64,000 bases of DNA. It comes from an uncultured delta proteobacterium (GTDB lineage: Bacteria > Myxococcota_A > UBA9160 > SZUA-336). The translations under genes were made by a program, and so were the position numbers. Below the pieces are notes generated by a model. It searched no databases, was not told the origin of the DNA, and saw nothing but the letters and a program-made list of their open reading frames with translations. The stretch is from the NCBI GenBank assembly GCA_963704165.1, contig CAVPHD010000003.1:288001-352000 (forward strand). Direction: 5' to 3'. This document shows, in pieces, positions 40,517-50,289 of the stretch. Position 1 is the first letter of the stretch. Each line of letters starts with the position of its first letter.

Positions 40517-41695
40517 TCAGCCCTTGCTGCACCGCAGCGTCAGCTCGGTGATCTCGGCGGGCGCGAAGAGCCGCATCGGCGGTCCCCAGAACCCCGTGCC
40601 TCGGCTCACGTAGAGCTCGGCGCCGTCTCGCGCGTAACGCCCGGCGACGAAGGGCACGGCCAGGCGAACGAGCCAGCGGAACGGCCAGATCTGTCCGCCG
40701 TGGGTGTGGCCCGAGATCTGGAGGTCGACACCGCTCCGTGACGCGCGCTTGAAGGTCGCGGGATCGTGCGCGAGCAGGACCACGGGGAGGTCGGGGTCGC
40801 ACGCCTCGAGCGCCTTCGGCAGATCCTCGCGCGCTCCGCCGCCGAATCCGCCGCGGTGATCGTCCACCCCCGCGAGCACGAACGAAGCCCCGCCGTGCTC
40901 GATCGTGACGCTGCGATTGCGCAGCGGCACCATGCCGAGCTTCTCGACCACCTCGGTCCACGCGTCCGCGCCGGAGTAGTGGTCGTGGTTGCCGGTCACG
41001 AAGTAGACGCCGTGGCGCGCGCGGAGCTCTCCGAAGGGCGCAACCTCGTCGGCGAGCAAGCGCGCGCTGCCGTCGACCAGATCGCCGGTGACGCAGATCA
41101 GGTCGGGCGCGAGCGCGTTCAGCCGATCGGAGAGAGAGCGCGCGAAGTGGCGGTCGCGAAGCGGGCCGATGTGGACGTCGCTGATCTGCGCGATGCGGAA
41201 GCCGTCGAGCGCTTTCGGCCAGCGCGCGAGCGCGATCTCGAGCCGCACGAGTCGCGGTGGCCGCAATCCCGAAACCAGCGCGAGCGCACCCGCGACCCCG
41301 ACGACCGCGAGCGTCATCGCGGCCTGCGCGCGCGAAGCGGCGGGCGCGTCGGGCAGGTCTCCGCCCGCGGCGTACGCCACGCCGCCGGCGAGAAAGCGAA
41401 GCAGGTCTCCGGCGGCGAGCGTGACGAGCAGCAGGAAGGCCGTCCCCATCCAGAGGGACGCCGGCCAACCGACGATCCGGTTCCAGGGCGGCGCGACCAG
41501 GCGCTCCGCGATCGGCTGCGCGACGAGCGACGCGAGGCCGAGGTAGATCACGCCGAGCAGAAGCCCGCTCGCAGGCGGGGCGATGCCCGGATCGAGCACG
41601 AGGCGCTGTGCGATGTAGCCGTGCCCGCCGATCAGCACGGTGAGCGCGATCGCGAGGAACGCGAGTCCGGCCAGAATGCGGGCGGCGGTACTCAT
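40517..41695 (-). CDS. Membrane-anchored metallophosphoesterase (YkuE/YaeI-like)
   Basis: SDVH, GDLVD, GNHD, LAHDP, SGHTHGGQ; N-terminal TM helices. Confidence 0.92.
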   Translation of the reverse strand: MSTAARILAGLAFLAIALTVLIGGHGYIAQRLVLDPGIAPPASGLLLGVIYLGLASLVAQPIAERLVAPPWNRIVGWPASLWMGTAFLLLVTLAAGDLLRFLAGGVAYAAGGDLPDAPAASRAQAAMTLAVVGVAGALALVSGLRPPRLVRLEIALARWPKALDGFRIAQISDVHIGPLRDRHFARSLSDRLNALAPDLICVTGDLVDGSARLLADEVAPFGELRARHGVYFVTGNHDHYSGADAWTEVVEKLGMVPLRNRSVTIEHGGASFVLAGVDDHRGGFGGGAREDLPKALEACDPDLPVVLLAHDPATFKRASRSGVDLQISGHTHGGQIWPFRWLVRLAVPFVAGRYARDGAELYVSRGTGFWGPPMRLFAPAEITELTLRCSKG

Positions 41696-41791
41696 CCCGG
41701 TGGAACGTATCCCATCCATGCGCTTCGCGATCGGCCGGATCGCCGCTTCCGCTCGGGCGCGTGATAGGCTCGCCCCGAAGGGGCCCGAGAC

Positions 41792-43285
41792 GTGCCGCTT
41801 CTCGTCGAGACCCGGAGAGGCACCGTGAGAGGCCGCGTGGATCGCGGCGTGACGGTCTTTCGCGGAATTCCCTTCGCCGCGGCGCCGGTCGGAGCGCTGC
41901 GCTTCAGGCGTCCGCAACCGCCGGATCCCTGGCCGGGCGTGCGGGACTGCCGAGATCCGGGACCCGCTTCGCCGCAGAACGCGACGCGGATCGCGAGTCG
42001 CGGCGATGAGGCCACGGTCGCCCAGAGCGAGGACTGCCTCCGTCTCGATCTCTGGACCGCCGGCTTCGAGGGCGTGCCGCGGCCCGTGCTCGTGTTCGTG
42101 CACGGCGGCGCTTTCGTCCGGGGTGCGGCGTCGGACCCCGGAACGCGCGGACGTCGGCTCGCGCGCGGCGGAGACATGGTCGTGGTCTCGCTGCAGTACC
42201 GACTCGGGGCGCTCGGTTTTCTCGATCCCGCAGATCTGCCTCGCGACGCGGACCTCGACGACGCAAACCTCGGCCTGCTCGATCAGATCGCCGCGCTCGA
42301 GTGGGTGCGTGCGGAGATCGACGCATTCGGCGGCGACCCCGGCAACGTCACGGTCTTCGGCACGGGCGCGGGCGCGACTTCGGTTGCATGTCTGCTCAGC
42401 GCGAAGCGCGCGCACGGCCTGTTCCGCCGCGCGATCCTCGCGAGCGGGTCGCTCGACGTGGACGCCCGCGAGGATTCGACACGCCGGACCCGCGCTTTTC
42501 TCGCGGCCCTCGGCCTGAAGCCGGCCGATGCCCGCAAGCTCGTCGAGCTGCCGGTGGACGCGCTGCTCGGCGCCCAGCGGAGAACCGGCGAATTCCGGCC
42601 GACGGTGGATGGCGCGCTGCTCGCGGCGTCCCCGCTCGCGGCGGCGCGGGCCGGGACCATCGCGGTCATGCCGACGATCATCGGCACCAACCGCGACGAG
42701 GCGCGCAGGCTCGAGATGGACGGTTCGCCGCCAGGATCGATCGACCGCGCCGGTCTGGCTGAACGACTGCGAGGGCGAGGTCTTCACGGCCAGCTCGTCG
42801 ATGCCGCGATCGCGGCCTATGAAAAGGGACGCCCGCAGGCGACGGCCGCGGATCTCTTCTACGCGATCGAGACCGATCGGCGGTTCCGCGTTCCGTCGCT
42901 CCGTCTGGCCGAGTCCCTCGCGGCGTGCGACGCGCCCGTCCATGTCTACGAGTTCGCCTTCCCCGCGGCACCCGAGTGCGGCCGGAACTACGCCTTCCAT
43001 GGACTCGAGGAGCCGTTCGTCTTCGGCACACGGCGGATTCACCCACTCGGGGAGTTCATCGCGGACGGACCGGACGCGAAGCTCTTGTCGCGTCGGATGC
43101 GCGATGCCTGGACCGCCTTCGTGCGCAGTGGCGACCCGCACGCACCGCTGCTCCCGGCCTGGCCGGCCTACACGCCCGTCGATCGGAGCACGCTCGTCCT
43201 CGACGCGAATCCGCGGATCGAGAAAGCCCCGCGGGATGCGGAACGCGCGTTCTGGAGCGGCGACCCGAGCGCGCGGCCGCTCTAG
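41792..43285 (+). CDS. Type-B carboxylesterase homologue lacking the nucleophilic Ser
   Basis: FRGIPFAAAPVG, SEDCL, HGGAF, YRLGALGF, FGGDPGNVTVFGTGAG (canonical GESAG). Confidence 0.88.
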   Translation: MPLLVETRRGTVRGRVDRGVTVFRGIPFAAAPVGALRFRRPQPPDPWPGVRDCRDPGPASPQNATRIASRGDEATVAQSEDCLRLDLWTAGFEGVPRPVLVFVHGGAFVRGAASDPGTRGRRLARGGDMVVVSLQYRLGALGFLDPADLPRDADLDDANLGLLDQIAALEWVRAEIDAFGGDPGNVTVFGTGAGATSVACLLSAKRAHGLFRRAILASGSLDVDAREDSTRRTRAFLAALGLKPADARKLVELPVDALLGAQRRTGEFRPTVDGALLAASPLAAARAGTIAVMPTIIGTNRDEARRLEMDGSPPGSIDRAGLAERLRGRGLHGQLVDAAIAAYEKGRPQATAADLFYAIETDRRFRVPSLRLAESLAACDAPVHVYEFAFPAAPECGRNYAFHGLEEPFVFGTRRIHPLGEFIADGPDAKLLSRRMRDAWTAFVRSGDPHAPLLPAWPAYTPVDRSTLVLDANPRIEKAPRDAERAFWSGDPSARPL

Positions 43286-43641
43286 GAAGCGCGCGCGAGC
43301 AGGAGCAGCGATGCCCAGCCGGAAATCAGAAAGATCCCACCGATCGGTGTCACCGGGCCGAGCCAGCGGAATTCGAAGAGCACGAGCCCGAAGATCGAGC
43401 CCGAGAACAGCGCGATGCCCGCGGTGAAGAGCGCCGCCTGCAACCCGATCGCGCGCCCGCTGGCCGAAGCGTGGAGCGCGAGCGCCATCAACACCACGCT
43501 GTGTAGGAGCGCGTAGTGTGAAGCCGTCTGCCAGGCCGAGAAGCGCTCGGGCGTGACCGTGTCACGCAGGCCGTGCGCGCCGAACGCTCCCGCCGCGACG
43601 GAGAGCGCGCCGAGCAGCCCCGCGACCCCGAGCCAGCTCAA
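43282..43641 (-). CDS. DUF423 family membrane protein
   Basis: [24 protein letters not shown]. Confidence 0.9.
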   Translation of the reverse strand: MSWLGVAGLLGALSVAAGAFGAHGLRDTVTPERFSAWQTASHYALLHSVVLMALALHASASGRAIGLQAALFTAGIALFSGSIFGLVLFEFRWLGPVTPIGGIFLISGWASLLLLARAS

Positions 43642-45329
43642 AGCCCGGCATCCGTCACCGCCCCCAGAGCGGCGCTCGAAACGAGCTTCGCGTACTTCGC
43701 GAGCACCCCTCGCGTGTAGCGCGGCGCGGGCGGCCGGAACGCCGCGCGGCGCTTCTCGAGCTCGGCTTCGGGAACGTTGAGCTGCAGCAGACGCTGCTTC
43801 GCGTCGATCGTGATCGAGTCACCCTCGCGAACGAGCGCGATCGGTCCCCCGACGAACGCTTCCGGCGCGACGTGACCGACGACCATGCCGTAGGTTCCCC
43901 CCGAGAAACGGCCGTCGGTGAGCAGGCCGACGGAGTCACCGAGCCCCTTGCCGATCAGGGCCGAGGTCGGCGTGAGCATCTCGCGCATTCCGGGACCGCC
44001 CTTCGGTCCCTCGTAGCGGACCACGACCACGTCGCCGGCGCGGATCCGGTCGGCCATGATCGCCTCCATGCACTTCTCTTCGGAGTCGAAGACCCGCGCC
44101 GGACCGGTGATCTCGCGCAGCTTGATGCCGCTGATCTTCGCCACGGACCCGTCGGGCGCGAGATTTCCGCGCAGGATCGCGAGGTGCCCTTCTTCGTAGA
44201 CCGGCTTGGCGAACGGCCGCAGCACGTCCTGATCCGACGGTGGCTCCGATGGAACGTTCGCGAGATTCTCGGCGATCGTCTTCCCGGTGATCGTGAGGCA
44301 ATCGCCGTGAATGAGTCCTCGCTCGAGCAGCATCTTCATCACGAGCGGAATCCCGCCGACGCGGTGCAGATCCGTAGCGACGTACCTGCCGCTCGGCTTC
44401 AGATCACCGAGCACCGGAACGCGCGCGCGGATGCGTTCGAAGTCGTCGAGCTCGAGCGGCACTTCGGCCGCGTGTGCGATCGCGAGCAGGTGAAGCACCG
44501 CGTTGGTCGAGCCGCCGACCGCCATCACGACGGCGATCGCGTTCTCGAACGCGCGCCGGGTCATGATCTTGCGCGGGGTCAGGTTCGACGCGACCAGATC
44601 GATCAGCACGCGCCCGGACTCGGCGGCGCTCTCGCGCTTCTCGTCGTCCTCGGCCGCCATGGTCGAGCTTCCGGGCAGGCTCATGCCCATCGCCTCGATC
44701 GCGCTCGACATCGTGTTCGCGGTGTACATGCCGCCGCACGAGCCCTTGCCCGGGCACGCGCGACGCTCGATCTCGGCGAAGTCCGCGTCGTTCATCTTGC
44801 CCGCGCCGTGGGCTCCGACGGCCTCGAAGACCGAGACGATGGTCAGATCGTCGTTCTTGTAGTGTCCCGGCTTGATCGTTCCGCCGTAGACGAACACGCC
44901 GGGGATGTCGAGACGCGCGAGCGCGATCATCGCGCCCGGCATGTTCTTGTCGCAGCCGCCGACCGCGATCACGCCGTCGTGGCACTGACCGCGGCAGACG
45001 GTCTCGATCGAATCCGCGATCACGTCGCGCGAGACGAGCGAGCACTTCATGCCCTCGGTGCCCATCGAGATGCCGTCGCTGATGGTGATCGTGCCGAACG
45101 TCTGCGGCATGCCGCCGGCGCGCCGGATCGCGTCGGAGGCCGCGGCGGAGAGGTCGCCGAGGCCGAGGTTGCAGGGCGTGATGTTGCTCTCGCCGTTGGC
45201 CACACCGACGATCGGCTTGCCGAAGTCCGCGTCGCCGAATCCGACCGCGCGAAGCATCGCGCGGTTGGGCGCACGATCGTGGCCCTCGGTGATCAGCGAG
45301 CTGTGGGGATTTCGTTTCCGATCGGGCAT
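43638..45329 (-). CDS. ilvD: Dihydroxy-acid dehydratase
   Basis: [46 protein letters not shown]. Confidence 0.97.
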   Translation of the reverse strand: MPDRKRNPHSSLITEGHDRAPNRAMLRAVGFGDADFGKPIVGVANGESNITPCNLGLGDLSAAASDAIRRAGGMPQTFGTITISDGISMGTEGMKCSLVSRDVIADSIETVCRGQCHDGVIAVGGCDKNMPGAMIALARLDIPGVFVYGGTIKPGHYKNDDLTIVSVFEAVGAHGAGKMNDADFAEIERRACPGKGSCGGMYTANTMSSAIEAMGMSLPGSSTMAAEDDEKRESAAESGRVLIDLVASNLTPRKIMTRRAFENAIAVVMAVGGSTNAVLHLLAIAHAAEVPLELDDFERIRARVPVLGDLKPSGRYVATDLHRVGGIPLVMKMLLERGLIHGDCLTITGKTIAENLANVPSEPPSDQDVLRPFAKPVYEEGHLAILRGNLAPDGSVAKISGIKLREITGPARVFDSEEKCMEAIMADRIRAGDVVVVRYEGPKGGPGMREMLTPTSALIGKGLGDSVGLLTDGRFSGGTYGMVVGHVAPEAFVGGPIALVREGDSITIDAKQRLLQLNVPEAELEKRRAAFRPPAPRYTRGVLAKYAKLVSSAALGAVTDAGL

Positions 45330-45346
45330 GAAGACCTCCTGTTCCA

Positions 45347-45372
45347 GAGTCTACCGATTCTGGCGTAGACTC
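45347..45372. promoter_or_regulatory. Inverted repeat formed by back-to-back TAGACT -10-like elements
   Basis: GAGTCTAC-N10-GTAGACTC between divergent ilvD and the methyltransferase; each side is followed by a GGAGG RBS. Confidence 0.55.
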
Positions 45373-45391
45373 GGTCGCGGAGGAACTCGCG

Positions 45392-46089
45392 ATGGAACGC
45401 GCGCTCTCTGTCACCCCGCCCCGAGCTCGCTCGACGACACCCGCGTCGGCTCGACGCTGGCCCGGCTGCACGCGGCCGCGCGCGGTGACGCGTTCCGAAT
45501 GCTGGGACGACTTCCGACGCTCGCGCGCATGTTCCTCGGACGCGAGGCCCCTCCGGCCGCGTGGATGGCCGAGCGCATGAAGGACGTGTACATCCCGCTC
45601 TCACCCGCCCAGGGCCGGTTCCTGTACTTGATCGCGCGTTCCCTGTCGGCGCGGCGGATCGTCGAGTTCGGAACGTCCTTCGGCATCTCGACGATCTACG
45701 CGGCGGCGGCCGCCCGCGACAACGGCAACGGCCGCGTGGTCGGCTCGGAGCTCGAGCCGGGCAAGCACGAGCGAGCCCTCGCCAACCTCGACGCCGCCGG
45801 GCTCTCGGGTCACGCCGAGGTGAGACTCGGCGATGCAATGCAGACGTTTCGCGACCTGGCGCCCCCGATCGATCTGGTCCTGCTCGACGGCTGGAAGGAG
45901 CTGTACCTGCCCATGCTCGAGATGCTGGCACCGAAGCTGCGCCCGGGCGCGGTCGTGCTCGCCGACAACGTGCGAACCTTCAAGCGCTCGCTCGCCCCGT
46001 ACCTCCGGTATGTCCAGTCGGGCAAGAGCGGCTTCCAGTCGGTGACGCTGCCGTTCCCGTCGGGGTTCGAGTTCTCGGTGAGGACGTGA
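45392..46089 (+). CDS. Class I SAM-dependent O-methyltransferase; probable -1 indel near 45415
   Basis: VEFGTSFGIST, GDA, VLLDGWK, LRPGAVVLADN; ATG 45392 with RBS is out of frame by one base at a C-run. Confidence 0.85.
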
Positions 46090-46152
46090 GGGCCCATCCG
46101 CGCCGGTCCGCACGGCTCCATTTCGGACGCGGCTGCGTCGATACGCAGGGGG

Positions 46153-47775
46153 ATGTCGCCGTCGGCCCGGATCCTCGTTGTCGATGATGAGCCGCGGGGC
46201 GTAGAGCTCCTGGTCCGCGCCCTGCGTCCGCTCGGCGAGGTCGTCGGTGAAGCCGACGCCGAGGCCGCCTGGGCGCGATTCTCGAGCGGCGAGTTCGACG
46301 TCGTCGTCTGCGACCAGAGAATGCCGGGCGTGAGCGGCGTCGAGTTCCTCTCGCGCGTGGCGGCCCACGACGACGTGATCGGTCGGATCCTGCTCACGGG
46401 CTTCGCGGACTTCGACGACACCGTCGACGCGATCAACCGCGCCCGGGTCCACGCCTACCTGAGCAAACCGTGTCCTCCCGCGCACCTGCTCGCGACGGTG
46501 CGCTCGGTGCTCGAACGGGCGCAGCTGGCGCGCGAGAACAACTCGCTCCTGCTCGAGCTGAAGTCCAGAAATCAAGAGCTGGCGAGCGCACTCACGTCAC
46601 TGGGAGAAGCGAAGGATGCGGCCGAGGCGGCCAGCAGCGCCAAGAGCGAGTTTCTCGCCAACATGAGTCACGAGCTCCGCACGCCGATGACGGCGATCCT
46701 CGGCTACAGCCAGCTTCTCGATGAGAGACTCGGAGCCGAGGAGCGCTCCGAAGCGCTGGCCTCGATTCGCACCAATGGCAGCCACCTCCTGCGGCTGCTG
46801 AACGATCTCCTCGACCTGTCCCGCATGGAGGCCGGAAAGCTCTGGCTGCAGAGCGAGACGGTGCAGGTCGACGAGCTGCTCGCAGATCTCTCCGCGACGC
46901 TCGCACCGCAAGCGCGCGAGCGGAAGCTGGAGCTGCGGATCTCTCGCCAGCCCGGGGCACCGGCCGAGCTCTCGACGGACCGCCTGCGGCTCCGCCAGAT
47001 CCTCCTGAACCTGCTCGACAACGCGCTTCGCTTCACCGAGCAGGGCCGGGTCGAGCTCGAGGTCCGCGCCGGAAGCGGCGGCGACCGCCCCTCCGTCGAG
47101 ATGGTGGTCCGCGACACCGGCGTCGGCATGAGTCCCGAGGAGCAGCTGCGCATCTTCCGCCCGTTCACGCAGATCGACGGATCCTCCACGCGCCGCGTCG
47201 GTGGCGCGGGCCTCGGCCTCGCTCTCTCGCGCCGGCTCGCGGAGCTGCTCGGCGGCTCGATCGCTCTCGAGAGCGCACCCGGACGCGGGAGTACGTTCCG
47301 GCTGACGCTGCCGTCGGCCGCGGATTCGTTCGAGGCGGCCCCGCCCGAGCCCGTGACCGCGAGGCCAGCCGCGACGGACCTCACGGGGCGGCGGATCCTG
47401 CTCGCCGAGGACTCGCTCGACAATCAGCGACTGATCGGAATGCTGCTTCGCCGCGCGGGAGCGAGCGTCGAGATCGCCGAGAACGGTCGCCGCGCACTCG
47501 ACCGCGCGCTGCAGGCTCTGGAATCCGAGGAACCCTTCGACGTCGTCTTGATGGACATGCAGATGCCCGAGCTCGACGGTTACGAGGCGACGCGTGCGCT
47601 GCGCGAACGCGGCTACACGCGGCCGATCGTGGCGCTCACGGCGCACGCGATGACCGGTCACCGCGAGGAGTGCCTGGCCGCCGGCTGTGACGACTACCTG
47701 ACCAAGCCGATCGATCGCGAGGTCCTGCTCGAGACGGCCTCGAGGCTCGCGGGCAAACCGACCGAAGCGGTCTAG
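46153..47775 (+). CDS. Hybrid histidine kinase REC-HisKA-HATPase-REC (cytoplasmic)
   Basis: VVDDE..CDQRMP; FLANMSHELRTP; NLLDNA, DTGVG, GAGLGL; LAED..MDMQMP..TKP. Confidence 0.93.
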   Translation: MSPSARILVVDDEPRGVELLVRALRPLGEVVGEADAEAAWARFSSGEFDVVVCDQRMPGVSGVEFLSRVAAHDDVIGRILLTGFADFDDTVDAINRARVHAYLSKPCPPAHLLATVRSVLERAQLARENNSLLLELKSRNQELASALTSLGEAKDAAEAASSAKSEFLANMSHELRTPMTAILGYSQLLDERLGAEERSEALASIRTNGSHLLRLLNDLLDLSRMEAGKLWLQSETVQVDELLADLSATLAPQARERKLELRISRQPGAPAELSTDRLRLRQILLNLLDNALRFTEQGRVELEVRAGSGGDRPSVEMVVRDTGVGMSPEEQLRIFRPFTQIDGSSTRRVGGAGLGLALSRRLAELLGGSIALESAPGRGSTFRLTLPSAADSFEAAPPEPVTARPAATDLTGRRILLAEDSLDNQRLIGMLLRRAGASVEIAENGRRALDRALQALESEEPFDVVLMDMQMPELDGYEATRALRERGYTRPIVALTAHAMTGHREECLAAGCDDYLTKPIDREVLLETASRLAGKPTEAV

Positions 47776-50289
47776 CTCTCCGGCACGGTCGGCGCCGGGG
47801 ACGTGAGCGCGACGGGCAGCTCGACGCGGAACGTGCTGCCGCGCCCTGGCTGGCTCTTCACCTGGATCGAGCCACCGTGTCGCGCCACGATCCCGTAGCT
47901 GATCGCGAGACCGAGCCCGGTTCCCTTGCCGACGGGCTTCGTCGTGAAGAACGGGTCGAAGATCCGCTCGAGCGTCGAGGGGTCGAGCCCGCACCCGTCG
48001 TCTTCGATCTCGACCGCGATCCGATCCGCACCGAGCGCGCGGGTGCGCACGGTCACGCTGCCTCTTCCGTTGACGGCATCTCGTGCGTTGGCGATCAGGT
48101 TCATGAACACCTGATTCAGCTGACCGGCGAGACACTCGATCGGCGGCAGCTCGCCGTAGTCGCGAGTCAATCGGCAGCCCGCGAGCGGTCCGCGCAAGAG
48201 CGTGAGGGTGGCGTCGAGCGCGTCGTTGAGCTGGATCAACGTCGGTTCTCCGCGGTCGGGCCGGGAGAAGCTGCGCAGATCGCGGACGAGCCCCGTCGCT
48301 CGCTCGATTCCCTCGGTGCAGCCGTCGAAGACCTCTTTCAGATCGTCGATCGCGACATCGACGCCTTGATCGGATCGGATCCGGGCAAGGCGGTCGGTGA
48401 GCACGGGTGATCCGATCTCGTTCGAGGCCTCCTCGTACTCCCGAAGCGTCGCGACGAGCGTGCGCGTGTAGGACTGCAGGTAGTGGAAGTTCCCGACGAT
48501 GAAGTTCAGCGGGTTGTTGAGTTCGTGTGCGATTCCCGCCACGAACTGGCCGAGCGACGCCATCTTCTCTCGGTGCAGAAGCTGGGTCTGAGTGCTGCGA
48601 AGCTCGTCGAGCGCCTTCTGCAGGTCGTGGGTTCGCGCCTCGACCTTCCCTTCGAGGCTGCGATTCAACTCACGCAGTTGCTCGAGTGCGAGCGCATTTC
48701 GCACGGCGACGGCGCCTTGATGCGCGAGCGTGTGAAGCAGCGCGCGATCGTCGCCGCTGTACATGCCCCCCGAGCGCGGCGGCCCGAGCACGAGTGCGGC
48801 GACGAGTTCGTCCTCGCTGCGGAACGGAATGACCAGCCCGCCGTCGGGCACGTCGATGCTCTTGCGGTCGGGGGGAAGCTCGGTCGGCGCGCGCCGATCG
48901 CCGACCTCGCCCACCGCGAACATCGCGCCGTTCTCTCCACTCACGAACAAGCCCGCACCCTGTGGGTGCAGCGCGCGCTCGACGCCGCGATGCAGCTCGC
49001 GAGCGAGCGAGGCGAGCTCGGTCGCCGAGGCCAACCGACCGCTCGTCTCCTCGACGATCCTGCGGTAGTCGTAGGCGTTGCGGAAGAAGAGCCGATCGAT
49101 CAGCGCCTGCGCGTGATCGCGCAGCGGCAGCATCAGCCCCACGCAGACCACACCGAGGACGATCGCGAAGATCGGTTCCCGGTAGTCGAGGGCTCCGGCG
49201 AAGAGCCGGTGCGTGACCGCGACCGCTCCCCCGTAGCCGACCGCGGCGAGCAGCGTGAGTGCCGCGTACCCGACCGAGCGCCGGATCAGGGAGTCGATCT
49301 CGAGCAGGTTGTGACGGAGGACCGCGTACGCCACGGCGCCCGGGAACAGGAACGCGGTGAACGCCATCGCATTCTGCGACGCGTTCCAGCCGACCAGCGG
49401 TGAGATCAGGATCAAGCCTGACACCCGGACTCAGCGCCACGACCGCACCGAACGCGACGACGCGGACGCGCTGCCGCGCCTCGAACGAGGCGGGGCGCAG
49501 CCCCGCGTGCACCTGCGACGAGATCAGGCCAGCGACCGCCACGCCGAACAGGAGCATCGCCAGACGTCGTGGTGCGCGACGTAGCGCCCGGGTTCGTCGA
49601 GATGCATCTGCCCGACCGCCGCGAACGGCAGGGCCAGCAGATAGGGCACGTGGATCAGCCACGGCCGGCGCTCCATCATCCGCGGTGACTGTGGAAACAC
49701 CAGCGCCATGTGGATCGTTCCGGCGAACAGGAACGACTCGCAGAGCACGTGCAGGCGGAAGAGCCGGTACGGGCCGTACAGATCGAGCGCGGTGAAGGTG
49801 TACAGCGCCGCGACCCAGAAGAAGGCGAACGTGCCGCGGCCCAGCCGGTCGCCACCGCGCAGCGCACGGATCAGGATCGCCACGATGCCGAACGCAGCGC
49901 CGTTCAAGAGAAAGCTTCCGAACAGGAGCCAGAGGTCGCGGATCTCGAAGCGCCGCGTCGAGATGTTCCGTTCGAAGCTGCCCTCGCCTTCGCCGAAGCG
50001 GTAGCGGACGACTCGGCCCACCGGGCCGTCTCGTGACGGCCGCGCGGATCGCAGCGCCGCCGCGCACGCGCTCGCCGTCGACCGCCGTCACCTCGTGGCC
50101 GTAGATCACGCCGTCCGAAGTACCCGGCCAGTGCGCGAGCCCCGCCGACGCGACGACTCCGTTGCGAAGCACGAGAAAGCCCGGAAACTGGCGTTCGCGC
50201 CAATAGGACGCCTCGATCGCGCCGTAGAGCGCGACGAAGAGCAGCACGGCTGCCGCGAGCCAGAGCACGGGATCGCGGCGCAGGGTCAC
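47772..50289 (-). CDS. Membrane sensor histidine kinase (PDZ-like loop, multi-TM, GAF, HisKA, HATPase); indels at ~50023, ~49570, ~49425
   Basis: FPGFLV..TAVDG, hydrophobic helices, YAVLRHNLLEID, GAF-like segment, SLGQFVAGIAHELNNPL, DPFFTTKPVGKGTGLGL. Confidence 0.87.

Noticed and set aside
22048..43141. Long N-terminal extensions (908-aa hemY, 859-aa adaptor, 874-aa phosphoesterase ORFs) as fusions
   Set aside because: The extensions overlap other well-supported genes; real starts are at 23446, 29679 and 41695.
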